Assembly (NCBI GenBank): GCA_965644295.1
Contig: CBFFRP010000362.1
Span: 186,001 to 250,000, forward strand
Direction: 5' to 3'
DNA: 64,000 nucleotides
From: Paraphysomonas bandaiensis
Taxonomy: Eukaryota > Protista > Chrysophyceae
Of this stretch, positions 41,778-53,000 are shown piece by piece. Positions within the stretch are counted from its first letter, which is position 1; each line of letters opens with the position of its first letter. The notes under the pieces are model-generated. The model saw only the letters and a program-made list of their open reading frames with translations. It did no database searches and was not told the DNA's origin. A program made the translations under genes and the position numbers.

Positions 41778-43914
41778 GGGATCTATTATTGAACCTAGTC
41801 AAATTGGTGTAATCTCCTAGTCACACCAAAATTGGTGTAAAAACCTAGTCAAGCGGTTGAAAAACCTAGTCATTTAATAATTCATATTTTCAGTTTACAA
41901 TGACTAGGTTTTATGGTATTCACCTAGTCAAAAATAAAAATTTTCATTCAAACATGGGAGCATACTCTAGCCATCAATTGATAAATGTAGATATTGTATA
42001 CATGCAATACATAACATTATAACGTTGCATTCCAATGAGAAATTGGACAATTTCTCGTGACCATGTCCGGTGCAATTCCATAGCTTCCCAAGGGCCATGA
42101 CATCGGTGGGTTCACCGTTGATGAGGGACACCTCGCTGCATTGTGAGTCTTGATGGAGATCAACATGTGCTTCACATCAATGTTCCCTGAGCACATAATT
42201 AAGATATGTAGAGAGTTATAAATGTATTTTACATACCTCACAAGCGATATTGGGTTTGCACTTGATTATTAAGAGATCTCCCGTACAACATACATAATAT
42301 TATACTGTGGTGCCTGTCATACAATGATTAGCACTCACAAGATTGTGAAACATATTGTGTCATACAATGATCAACAGTCACAAGAACGCAAAATATATTG
42401 TAATATATAAATGCAGAGTACATATCTATTGCACATACCTCTCTAGAGGTAGGATCAATAGCTGCTAGTACCCACAGCGCGGGCAGCTGTAGACAAGAAC
42501 GATAATAATATAGGTTTCGCTCTTGATTTTGTAAGCTTCCTCCCTTACAACATATATATGCTGTGGTACCTATAATACAGTGATCCGTACTCTATTAAAA
42601 CGCATCAGTACAATATAAAACCTAGTCATACACTTACAGTTCAGAGGACCTGAATCCAAAATACGACATACTCATAAGCCAGTCAGAAAGCAAGATGCTG
42701 TAAGACTGATGACACACTCCTCATGATGATGCTGTAAGACTGATGACACACTCCTCATGATGATGCTGTAAGACTGATGACACAATCTTCATGATACTGT
42801 AAGACTGATGACACACTCCTCATGATACTGTAAGACTGATGACACACTCATGATGCTGTAAGACTGATGACACACTCCTCATGATGATGCTGTAAGACTG
42901 ATGACACACTCCTCATGATGATGCTGTAAGACTGATGACACACTCATGATGATGATGCTGTAAGACTGATGACACACTCCTCATGATGATGCTGTAAGAC
43001 TGATGACACACTCCTCATGATGATGCTGTAAGACTGATGACACACTCCTCATGATGATGCTGTAAGACTGATGACACACTCATGATGATGATGCTGTAAG
43101 ACTGATGACACAATCTTCATGATACTGTAAGACTGATGACACACTCATGATGCTGTAAGACTGATGACACACTCATGATGCTGTAAGACTGATGACACAC
43201 TCATGATGCTGTAAGACTGATGACACACTCATGATGCTGTAAGACTGATGACACACTCATGATACTGTAAGACTGATGACACACTCATGATGCTGTAAGA
43301 CTGATGACACACTCATGATGCTGATGTTCTGATTGATGCTGCTCTACAGTCCACTTCAATGATGCTGCTTTTAGAAGTTTGTTCCCTGAAAACCTCCTTT
43401 TTTTCTTCGTTGGACTAAAAATAGGGAGATTTATGCACCCCTGAAAGCCAATACAGCAATCGAAGTCATTCAGTGCTGAAGTGAAGGAAGATGAGCGCCA
43501 TCACTCCCAGCATATGAAGATCTCAAGATGTCCTGCGGATCATAGAGTGAGTTATACCCACAGCTTCATGGACCCTCCTCCCCATAACACTCACAGGGAC
43601 CATCGCTATATGCATACATGCTACAGATAGGCTAGATAGACATACACGTACATCTGTGTTATGTAGATATGTATATATGAGCTTATTGTTATGTTTGAGT
43701 GTTTGTTTTGATGCTCTGTAAGCCACTAATATATTGTGTGGTGTGAGATGGTATCTTAGACAGTCACAGTGTGTAATCAATGGATATAAGAACGACTAGG
43801 TTGAATACCAAAGTTGACTAGGTTGAGTCATTTATTACTTTGACTAGGTTATTCCACCAAAAATAGCGTGACTAGGTAATTCAACCAATTTGACTAGGTT
43901 GAATAATATTTCCC
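41778..43914. mobile_element. Non-autonomous TIR DNA transposon with 9-bp TSD (Mutator/Foldback-like), 2,137 bp
   Basis: 31-bp TIRs gggatctattattgaacctagtcaaattggt / accaatttgactaggttgaataatatttccc (3 mismatches). Exact TSD gtgatagaa at 41769-41777 and 43915-43923. Multiple subterminal cctagtca/tgactagg motifs; no transposase ORF. Confidence 0.9.
42694..43325. repeat. Minisatellite, ~20 units of 28/31/34 bp (core ctgtaagactgatgacaca)
   Basis: Directly visible tandem array inside the TIR element. Confidence 0.95.
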
Positions 43915-44346
43915 GTGATAGAAAATGAGATGCACACATTAATAGTGAGCAGAATAACTAAATAGATGGTTGTCTCGGCGATTGTTGTAGTGAGCGGACA
44001 TTGGTTCTTCTAGTACTGCCACATACCACGCGTTTGTGGTAGTATTGATCCCTGGTGCCACCACCTCTGCTGACGGTTTTGGCATATGGTCACCAGCTCG
44101 TCCAGTCGTCCAGCGTGGGGCCTGCAGCTACTTTATTTCTACTTGCTTCGTTACCCGTTCTCCCTGCCCTTCTGGAGTCTAACTGCAAACTTCTTATTCT
44201 GCTGCTCTTATTGTCGCACTCGTTCAACCGTGTTATAGAGCACACAGTGCCCGTGTGTCAGTCCTACCCGCAATAGTGTCCTCCTGCTGTCTTCGGTTGG
44301 TGGGTCGGCGCAGAATGCCTTCAAACCCAAGTGTTGTCAAACCCCA

Positions 44347-44631
44347 TATCCCATTCTGAGCGCGTACTTAGGTAGATTCGGATGGGGGCCGGGTGGGTAC
44401 CTAACTAATACTTGATTTAAGTCCCATACGTCATTTGCTAGCTACCTACTGAACCCAACTAGCTACATCATTATCACATGGTATTCAGCGCTGAATATGC
44501 AGTGAGAACCCAGAGTGGGGAACTGCTGAACTAAGCAATGTGTACATAGGTAGAGGTGCGCGGTCGCAGCACTCAGCAGCACCCACTAGAGGGCCGCACG
44601 CAGTAATTAGTTACGCTGTCAATATGGGGCA
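44347..44631 (+). mobile_element. 285-bp element E, copy 1 (solo-LTR-like or TIR element)
   Basis: About 7 differences from the copy at 46466-46750. Flanked by cccca (44342-44346) and gttat (44632-44636). Confidence 0.9.
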
Positions 44632-45329
44632 GTTATAGTTGCTCCATCTGATGATCTCTCTGTATATATGTTGTGACAGTATTCTATCTCTGAGAGGTCA
44701 TATCAGTTAACTATAATTACAATATGAGTGTATCACAACCAGCAGCTAATACACACACACTGATCGCAATATATCTATGCTAATGGAGCTCACCATCCGT
44801 TTATTAGTTCGAGTTAGGATTGAGATAGTGATAGATATTTAAGATATGGCTCTATGACATGGCATACTATACTATACTATACTATACTATCATTCTAGTG
44901 GATGTGTCTGTATATCGTAAGATATTCCATACATGGAGATAATTAACAAATTCCATATTTTAAACTATTTATTTTAAAAATGACAGAAATGAGTCTGATT
45001 ATTAATCGACAGTGTCAAAACGCATACACTCAACACTTTAAACACACCTTAAGATATTTGGAAGTATTCCAGTCCAATCAGTAGGTTTTGATATATATCA
45101 AACAACTGGAACAAAGGTGACATACAGCAGTGTGCGTGTATTTACTGTGTATATCCAGCACACAGCCACTCGCCATATAACGCGGTTCCTGCTATTCCCA
45201 CACATAAACCGTTGGAACTTCCACGTCACACACACCATTTCACTTCACACATACACACTTTTCAGTATCCAGTCTCATATACATACATCTACATCATCAA
45301 TCATCATATTGTAAACTTCTGTTAATTTA

Positions 45330-45849
45330 ATGGATATAAGTATTGACGTTCTCAGGCAGGTTTTCCGGGAGGAGTTTAACTCCGCAATAAAGCCTAATTA
45401 TTAATATATAGACAGGCTAACCTCTGTGGAAGTCAGTACACTTGTAACTACCATGAAGATGGCAAACTCATCCGTCGGAAGAGATGATTCTCTTTCTGTT
45501 GTGCCCAAAGGCTTTATTTCGGAGAAGCTTTTGTCTTTATTCCAGTCATTTACTAATCCACTGGGAAGGCTCTCGTTGCCAGCAACAAGTAGATTGCCAA
45601 TCGTTTGAGGATACTCACAAGTCGGGTTCGTCCCATCTTGTTTGGGCACAACAGAAAGAGAATGGATTAGTAAATGATTGGAATAAAGACAAAAGCTTGC
45701 GTTTGCTGCGAGAATACGACCCCACATACGAAACAGACGTTGATAGTGGCAATGAGTGGAGTGAACGGTCAAGAAATCGACGGTTGCGTGTAGCACGTAC
45801 AATAGGAATAACGCGAGCGCAGCTAAACTTCGCACAGTTGACACTGTAG
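45330..45849 (+). pseudogene. Pseudogene of a ~145-aa protein (Mug135-like C-terminal pattern), broken by a stop codon and an internal inversion
   Basis: The reconstructed protein is MDISIDVLRQVFREEFNSAIKPNY*YIDRLTSVEV...MANSSVGRDDSLSVVPKQDGTNPTCEYPQTIGNLLVAGNESLPSGLVNDWNKDKSLRLLREYDP...RRLRVARTIGITRAQLNFAQLTL. The middle part lies on the minus strand (45525-45663). Confidence 0.75.
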
Positions 45850-46465
45850 GGTTGTTCTTATGGTGGTATACAGGGGTATTCCGGTACGACCGGGGTAGTT
45901 AGATGAATCAGGTCCTTTACGGCATGAGGATTTTTGATGAATTGTCAATTTAAGCCGGTATACCCTTTAGTCAAGCTTTGACGGAGTAACTAAATACCTT
46001 CCACTTTTAACACGTCCTTCTCACGCACCGCTCACTCACAAACAGACCCTGCAACACTCACAACCACAGCACATCCCCTTAAGCCGATTTAAGCTTAGTA
46101 ATAGTAAGAAGAATGTTGTGATTATTAGAGTGTAAAGTGATGAACACAGTAAAGTAGAAATTGAATAATAATGCAGCACATAACTATCACATACAACGGA
46201 ATAGTTAGAAGTATAATAACTGACAATGACGATCAAGTATTTTCAACAGGTACAATCATTAATTCTGTAATAACCAGCTATCCGGTTATTTTATGCTATA
46301 TAAGCTCTCTATTGTATATACTTAAGTTTGATTCACTTTTATATTTGATGTAATCTCCGAATTATGCAGATTTCAGAGAGACTTGAGGTCACTGTTCAGG
46401 ATACGATAATAGCGTTAAACAGGAGTACAATGATCGCTCTACCCCTCATCCAGGGTAGTTGTTAT

Positions 46466-46750
46466 TGCCCCATTCTGAGCGCGTACTTAGGTAGATTCGG
46501 ATGGGGGCCGGGTGGGTACCTAACTAATACTTGATTTAAGTCCCATACGTTATTTGCTAGCTACCTACTGAACCCAACTAGCTACATCATTATCACATGG
46601 TATTCAGCGCTGAATATGCAGGGAGAACCCAGAGTGGGGAACTGCTGAACTAAGCAATGTGTACATAAGTAGAGGTGCGCGGTCGCAGCAGTCAGCAGCA
46701 CCCACTAGAGGGCCGCACGCAGTAATTAGATACGCTGTCAATATGGGGCA
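46466..46750 (+). mobile_element. 285-bp element E, copy 2
   Basis: TG...CA termini with 20-bp imperfect TIRs (tgccccattctgagcgcgta / tacgctgtcaatatggggca, 16/20). Flanked by gttat (46461-46465) and cccca (46751-46755). Confidence 0.9.
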
Positions 46751-46756
46751 CCCCAT

Positions 46757-46916
46757 CACTAGTGAAATGGAGAAGTTCAAAAGAAGTTCATAAGGTAGTT
46801 CGCTCAAGTTCATTGTTGCATGAACTACCATTTGAACTTTCACACTCCACACTTTTTATGAACTGCCTTTTGAACTACCTTATAACTACCTTTTCAGCTT
46901 CCTGATTTCACTAGTG
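46757..46916. mobile_element. CACTA-like MITE, 160 bp
   Basis: Perfect 12-bp TIRs cactagtgaaat / atttcactagtg and mirrored subterminal agttca/tgaact repeats. The 3-bp TSD is not clean (cat vs cca). Confidence 0.7.
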
Positions 46917-48634
46917 CCAGGCGAGTACGGAGAGTAGACTTATCATCGCGCTGGGTGCGCAGAAACACACTACAAACTTTGCAGATGCTTTCTTGGGTTG
47001 ATGAGGTTGTTACTCCCTTAATCAAGGGGCCTGATATACACCCATATCAGTACTAAAGCGCATGCATTTATTACGATTAATATACGCACTTTACATTCTT
47101 CACTTGTGTACTTTCGATGCACAGTGGGAAGTTCCACTTAAGAACACCAACCTATAGCCTCAACAAGAGCCCTCTCTCTGGCCATGGACGGCATTGTGGG
47201 TCCTCCATTGTCACTGCTGTCTGGCACAGTCAAGTGTTTCAACACCGTATTTATAGCCCTTTTCTGGGGTACGCATGCTGGCAGGGTGCCACTAGAGACA
47301 GCTTCAAGTACTTCTCCAATTATTAGGGTGTGGCTCTGAGGATTCAGTCGCATACCGCTGTTGGCAGTATTTTTCGTAGATTTCTGATTGGATTGCTTTA
47401 ACATTCTCTAACTAATGCAAATTAGCATAAAATTTCAAATGGAGGACAGCTTGTAGTCTATAGCAATCAGTTTAATGTACGTGTATAGTTTCATATGATC
47501 GAGATGCTTATGGCGGGAGCTGAGAGCAGATCAAACTACTTAAAACAAAAAAAGACTTGTTCTGAGGCGACTTCAGTTCGAAAAGCGGCGGTAATCCGTA
47601 ATCGTGCACCGACTTCCTAGTACTGCTGTATACGCCGTATATGTGAGATCCACCCAAAGATTCTGCTGTCCACGGCACAGGAACACTGAATCCTGCTCCT
47701 TCACTGTAACTAGAATCACCACATAGACGATGAATGTTGTGCGTGTATCAACTATAACGCTGATATCACTATACACCTTATCAATTGGATGCATAGATGT
47801 TGCACAGCAAGGGGACTACGATGAAAGGATATTGCTTCGAGCAGATGTGGCTAAGAACTGTAATAAGCACTGTACCAACCTCTCTAGTTATCTGCAGTTG
47901 TGATCGTAGTATGATACGCTCTTGACATATCGTTTAGACACCATCCTTGTTCTTTTGAGGGGAAAACCGTGTTGAGAGAGATCTGCTCACTTCCTGATAT
48001 TGAGCTCCTAGTGTAGAGTGCGCGGGTAGAATTTGTACACTAATCTTCTGTCTGAGAAGCGTAAATACTTATTGGCATAGGAAATAAAAGTATATTTAAT
48101 GGATCACTCATTCTCAAACAAATAAGATAAATGCGTTACAAATAAGATATTGACAGTGAATGACACGTCATACATTACAGTGTCCAAAGATGGATGCCAA
48201 ACGTTCCCCATGGTTTGTTCAGCATCATGGCATAGCAGGATTAGTTGTTGTATACTTGTTACTTTATTAATACGAGATGCATATACGCATTGTACACACC
48301 TTGCATAGCGTAGAAACTAACATCTAAGTATTAATACCCCATATAATTTAAATACGGTTTGTAAGTTTATATTCTAAGTGCGTTTCCAAACGCTCTACTA
48401 TACGAATTTATTACTGATAAATATATCGCTTGGAAAAGTATACCGATCCTACATGCTACTCCTATAATATCGAAAGAGAACAATATTTCTCATAGGGTCA
48501 TTGAAGTTATTGTCGAATGGCCATAGGAATCCCGATGATTGTAAATTACTAACTTACATGTATCAAAAACAACAAGCTAACTATAATTAGTATCCACTGA
48601 TCTATCCTGATTTCATTCTACTGCTCACATAATC

Positions 48635-49483
48635 TTACTTTACATCAAGTAGTTTCACATCGAATACCAGCCAGGCATTCCCTGGAATAGTGGGTGGGGC
48701 GCCTCTGGGTCCGTAAGCCTTCTCCGGGGGAATCGTCAATACGCGATGTCCTCCTACTCTCATTCCTTTGACACCAATATCCCAACCACGAATAACTTCT
48801 CCTCGTCCGAGACGGAAGGCGAAGGGTTTCTTGCTGGCATCGAATACCTTACTCGTTGTTTTGAGCTTTCCCACATAGTGCACTTTCACACGATTCCCAT
48901 ACGATGCTTCCTTGCCACTGCCTACAGCTACATCAATAATATTAACGCCGTCGACAACACGAGCCCCACTGACAACAGGAGCGGCGGCAGCTCCAGTAGC
49001 AGCTTGTAAAAGGGCACGATTTCGTGAGGTTTCCGCTGAATCAACTGACTGCTTTTGCTTTTTCCCACTTTTCTCAGCTTTTTGGGCCTTGCTTGTAGCA
49101 GTTTTCACTTTTTCTGGAGGGTCACTATCGTCATTGCGTTTGCGTTTCTTTTCCGCTGCATCAGGAATCTTGGTACCTGCGCGCAGTTTGTTGCTAGAAC
49201 CATCCAGGAATTTCCACCCGGAGGGTCCATCTTTCTGATCAATAACAAACACCCCCATGTCAGTAAGTTTCGACCTCAAATCATCAGCCTTTAGAAAGTT
49301 ATTGGCCGCCCTGGCTTCATCCCTTTCCTTCATAAGTAATCGCACTTGAATGATTCGTTTCGAATGGTCATCAAGGGAGTCATAATCAACTGTAGAGTTA
49401 CTGCCAGCCGTCTGGTCCCTCGGCCGCTTACTTCCTTTGCTTTTATTCTTCGATTTCTTGCGATCTGCTCCAGTTGCTTCCAT
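48635..49483 (-). CDS. FKBP-type peptidyl-prolyl isomerase with a basic N-terminus and a CysRS C-terminal-like domain
   Basis: FKBP domain 'VKVHYVGKL...VFD...PFAFRLGRGEVIRGWDIGVKGMRVGGHRVLTIPPEKAYG...IPGNAWLVFDVKLL'. Lys-rich NLS-like tracts. Confidence 0.9.
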   Translation of the reverse strand: MEATGADRKKSKNKSKGSKRPRDQTAGSNSTVDYDSLDDHSKRIIQVRLLMKERDEARAANNFLKADDLRSKLTDMGVFVIDQKDGPSGWKFLDGSSNKLRAGTKIPDAAEKKRKRNDDSDPPEKVKTATSKAQKAEKSGKKQKQSVDSAETSRNRALLQAATGAAAAPVVSGARVVDGVNIIDVAVGSGKEASYGNRVKVHYVGKLKTTSKVFDASKKPFAFRLGRGEVIRGWDIGVKGMRVGGHRVLTIPPEKAYGPRGAPPTIPGNAWLVFDVKLLDVK

Positions 49484-50021
49484 TTAATAGATAGCACGGG
49501 TGAAAAGACTCGCTATTGATTATTTTAAAGTGAGTTGCGGAGTTTATTCTGAGTTCCTCTAATCTCAGAGCCTGTACGATACTATGCATGTATATATATG
49601 TACTTGTGTCCAGAACTTTTAATGGATACAGTACACCATAGTATACCATGTATACACAGACTACACTGAAAGACTGGACCACACACACACGCCAACTACA
49701 CTGTATTCCGATGTATACCTCCCACACTGTCTTGTATTCTGCTGTATATCGCAACGATTTTTTATCACTGATTTTGGTCTGCTGTGTATCGATATGGTAC
49801 ATAGTCATACCATACTGCTGTAGACTGCAGCTCAATGTGGACACTATGAGACGTATTCCTTGTATTATGCTGTATTTTGATGTCTATCTCTCGCTGTACA
49901 CTGCCACATGTATGTGTATGTGTATGTATATGAGGTGCCTTAATACATACATATCCACCTCACACCCTCCTATTATCAACCTCAGGTGCCAACAAATAAC
50001 AAGTGGGGGCCTGTTTTGAAC

Positions 50022-53000
50022 ATGAGCAAGTTTGCTTTTGATCCATGGCGCAATGCGCTTGTGTGGTTCGCGGAGGATAAGGCGAGTCCATGGCGAGCAG
50101 GAGTGGTGAAGTCTCGTGTATTCTCTGATGATCAACTCAATTCTACATTCACTATACAAGATGATAACGAGGAGATGATTGATATCATATCAGAGCCTGT
50201 TGATTCCTTCGGATTAGAGTTTCATTTAGTGAAGAAGAGGGATAAAGATCCCTCCAATGCTGTCGGCGTCACTGACATGACATCACTCTCATTTTTAAAT
50301 GAACCGGAAATGATTCAGTGTCTCAAAGTGAGATATTTTAATCGACTTATATACACCAGTATTGGACCAATATTAGTGGCTGTGAATCCTTTCGAGCAAC
50401 TGGACAGATCAGTTTACTCTATGGAAACCATTGAGAAGTATTTTAATGCCGATCAAGCCACCACTCGGAGCCTTGGACCACATGTATTTCATATTAGTAA
50501 CAGTGCTTATACACGCATGTTTATCGACAAGTTTGACGCTGATAAGCGTGAAAATCAAGCGATATTAGTGAACGGCGAATCTGGAGCAGGTATGTATTTA
50601 ATCAACCAGAGTTTTAGTACAAGCATTAATTTTACGTAAACATAGGTAAAACGGAGTCGACCAAACAAGTGCTGCGCTTCCTAGCTATAAATTCGTCGAA
50701 ACTAGCTGAGGGAATGGGTGCAGACTCGATGGTGAAAGATGTGGAAGGACTTATCAATGCTGTCAATCCCATCACCGAGTCATTTGGAAACGCGAAAACG
50801 TCACGTAACAACAATTCTTCGCGGTTTGGAAAGTTCATCGAGCTAAGATATGCAGCGGACGGATTTATAGTTGGAGCTCACATTCAGACTTATCTTCTTG
50901 AGACCACCCGAGTGACATCTCAGTTAAAAGGGGAGCGCAACTACCATGTGTTTTATGAGGTATTCGCCGGAATGACTCAGAAAGAGAGGGAAGAGTGTAA
51001 ATGTCCTTCATTGGAGAGCTTTCGGTACACAAATCAGAGTGGCGAGTACCATCGGCACGACGGAGAAAAAGACGAAGATAACTACTCGAAGTTGATTGAT
51101 GCCCTGTCTACAATCAGCATGGGTGACGGACAAGTGAGGGAGGTATTTGGAATCATCATGGCGGTGTTGCACATGGGTAACCTTACCTTTGATGCGTCAA
51201 GTACTGTAGGCGAAGATGCCGCTATCTTCTCACCATCCTCCCAACAGCATGTCGCAGCAATATGTGACCTGATGGATGTTGACGAAGAGAGTCTGCTTAA
51301 TGCTGTTGCAAAGCGCAGTATCAAAGTAGCTGGAAATATGATTCAAAAAAACCTTGATGTAACTGGGGCTACTGCGGCGAGAGATGTACTTGCAAAGACC
51401 ACATATGATCTTCTCTTTCGAAGTATGCTACAAGAAGTAAACCGCTCTCTTTCACTTGAGGCAATGGAAGATGCAGTGTCTTTCATTGGTGTACTAGATA
51501 TTTTCGGATTTGAGTTCTTCCAGAAGAATTCATTTGGACAACTGTGTATCAATTATGCGAATGAAAAGCTACAGGACCACTTCAACTATGCAATATTTAA
51601 GAGCGAGAAAGAGGTATACGAAGAAGAAGGTATTCAGTGGAACTTTAAAGATTATCCCGACAATTCAGAGAGGCTTGAGTTATTCGAGCACAAACGCACT
51701 GGTCTGTTTTTGTTGTGCGACGAGCAGCTGAAAATCCCGAAACCAAGTGATGAAAAGTTGGTGCAGTCCTTCTACGCGAAATGCTCTTCGTATCGTCATT
51801 TCTCTGCGAGCAAAGGTGATCAGGGCAAGATGGACTTTGTTGTGCACCACTTTGCGTGTGATGTGAAGTACAGTGCAAAGGGGTTTGTGGAGAAAAATAG
51901 GAACGACATTGCCCAAGAGATTTACGACGCTTTCGCTTCTTCGAGTAGAGAGTTCGTGCAGGGGTTAATTGGTATATCAGATGATACTAGTATGAAACCT
52001 ACTAGGCGCCCGTCTTCTGTGCGCATGCGTGGAAACAGCACAGAAGGACGCGATCGTTCAGTGAGTGTAGGCAAATCGGCTGGTCCGCTGTCTGTGGGTA
52101 AAAAGACGTCCTCTCTTGCATCGCAGTTCTCTAAACAACTTCATGAGCTTATAACTAAAATTAGATCCACTCGGTCCCACTTCATTCGATGCATTAAACC
52201 AAACAATGAGTTGTTGGCGAATAACTTTGATTACACCATGGTTATGAATCAGTTGCGATGTGGGGGGGCTCTGGGTGCTGTGCAGGTGTTGTACTGCTTG
52301 TGATGGCGTAATTTCGTTGACATATTACTATGATAGGTGTTTCATGCTGGCTTCCCAAATCGAATGGACTTCAAGTACTTTGTATGCAGATACTCTGCGT
52401 TTTTGGTTGTGTGCGGCGTGAATGCTCTCACGAAAGATCTGTACGCATGCATTGTCCGTGCCCGTCAGAGTGGGTCCGACGAGCTTTGGAGGGTGTCATC
52501 CTCCATGCTTATCGATATTGTTTCCTTGACAGTTATCGTTCTTAACTTAGTTGATGAGACTGAAATAGCAGAAGATGTGGACATTATAAGTGGGTTGCAA
52601 ATGGGTAAAACTCAAGTCTTCATGCGCGCACCAGTGTTTGAGCTCCTTGAGAGACTCCACGTGCGTGCCATTGTAGTTATCGCAAGGCGTCTTCAGAGGA
52701 GATACAGAGCCAAATTATCAGCCATATCAAGCAAACGCCCCACTGCGAAAACAGCAGCAGCAGAATGTGTAATGCATTTAGCATTCGCCCGGAGAGTGAA
52801 GGCGCGCAAATGCGTATCTGCGACATTGGTACTGCAACGCCGTGTCCGAGTGTTCCTTGCCGTATGTTATCGCCGGAAAACAATTCGATCATTTACAACT
52901 TTAAAAGCACATTTTCGAGGCTACAAGGCCCGCGAACGCGTACGCCGACTCAAGTATGCTGCAGCTACCAGAGTGCAGAGTATGTTCCGTTGCTTCATCG

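Noticed and set aside
42694-43325. CRISPR array or tandem hammerhead ribozymes (CTGATGA in every unit)
   Set aside because: There are no unique spacers or cas genes, and the hammerhead GAAA element and stems are absent. It is a simple minisatellite.
45871-45968. Short inverted repeat aggggtattccgg / ccggtataccctt in the cargo
   Set aside because: It is imperfect and single-copy, with an ambiguous TSD.
44347-46750. Autonomous LTR retrotransposon
   Set aside because: No gag/pol, PBS or polypurine tract is visible, and the inner gttat duplication is unexplained by that model.
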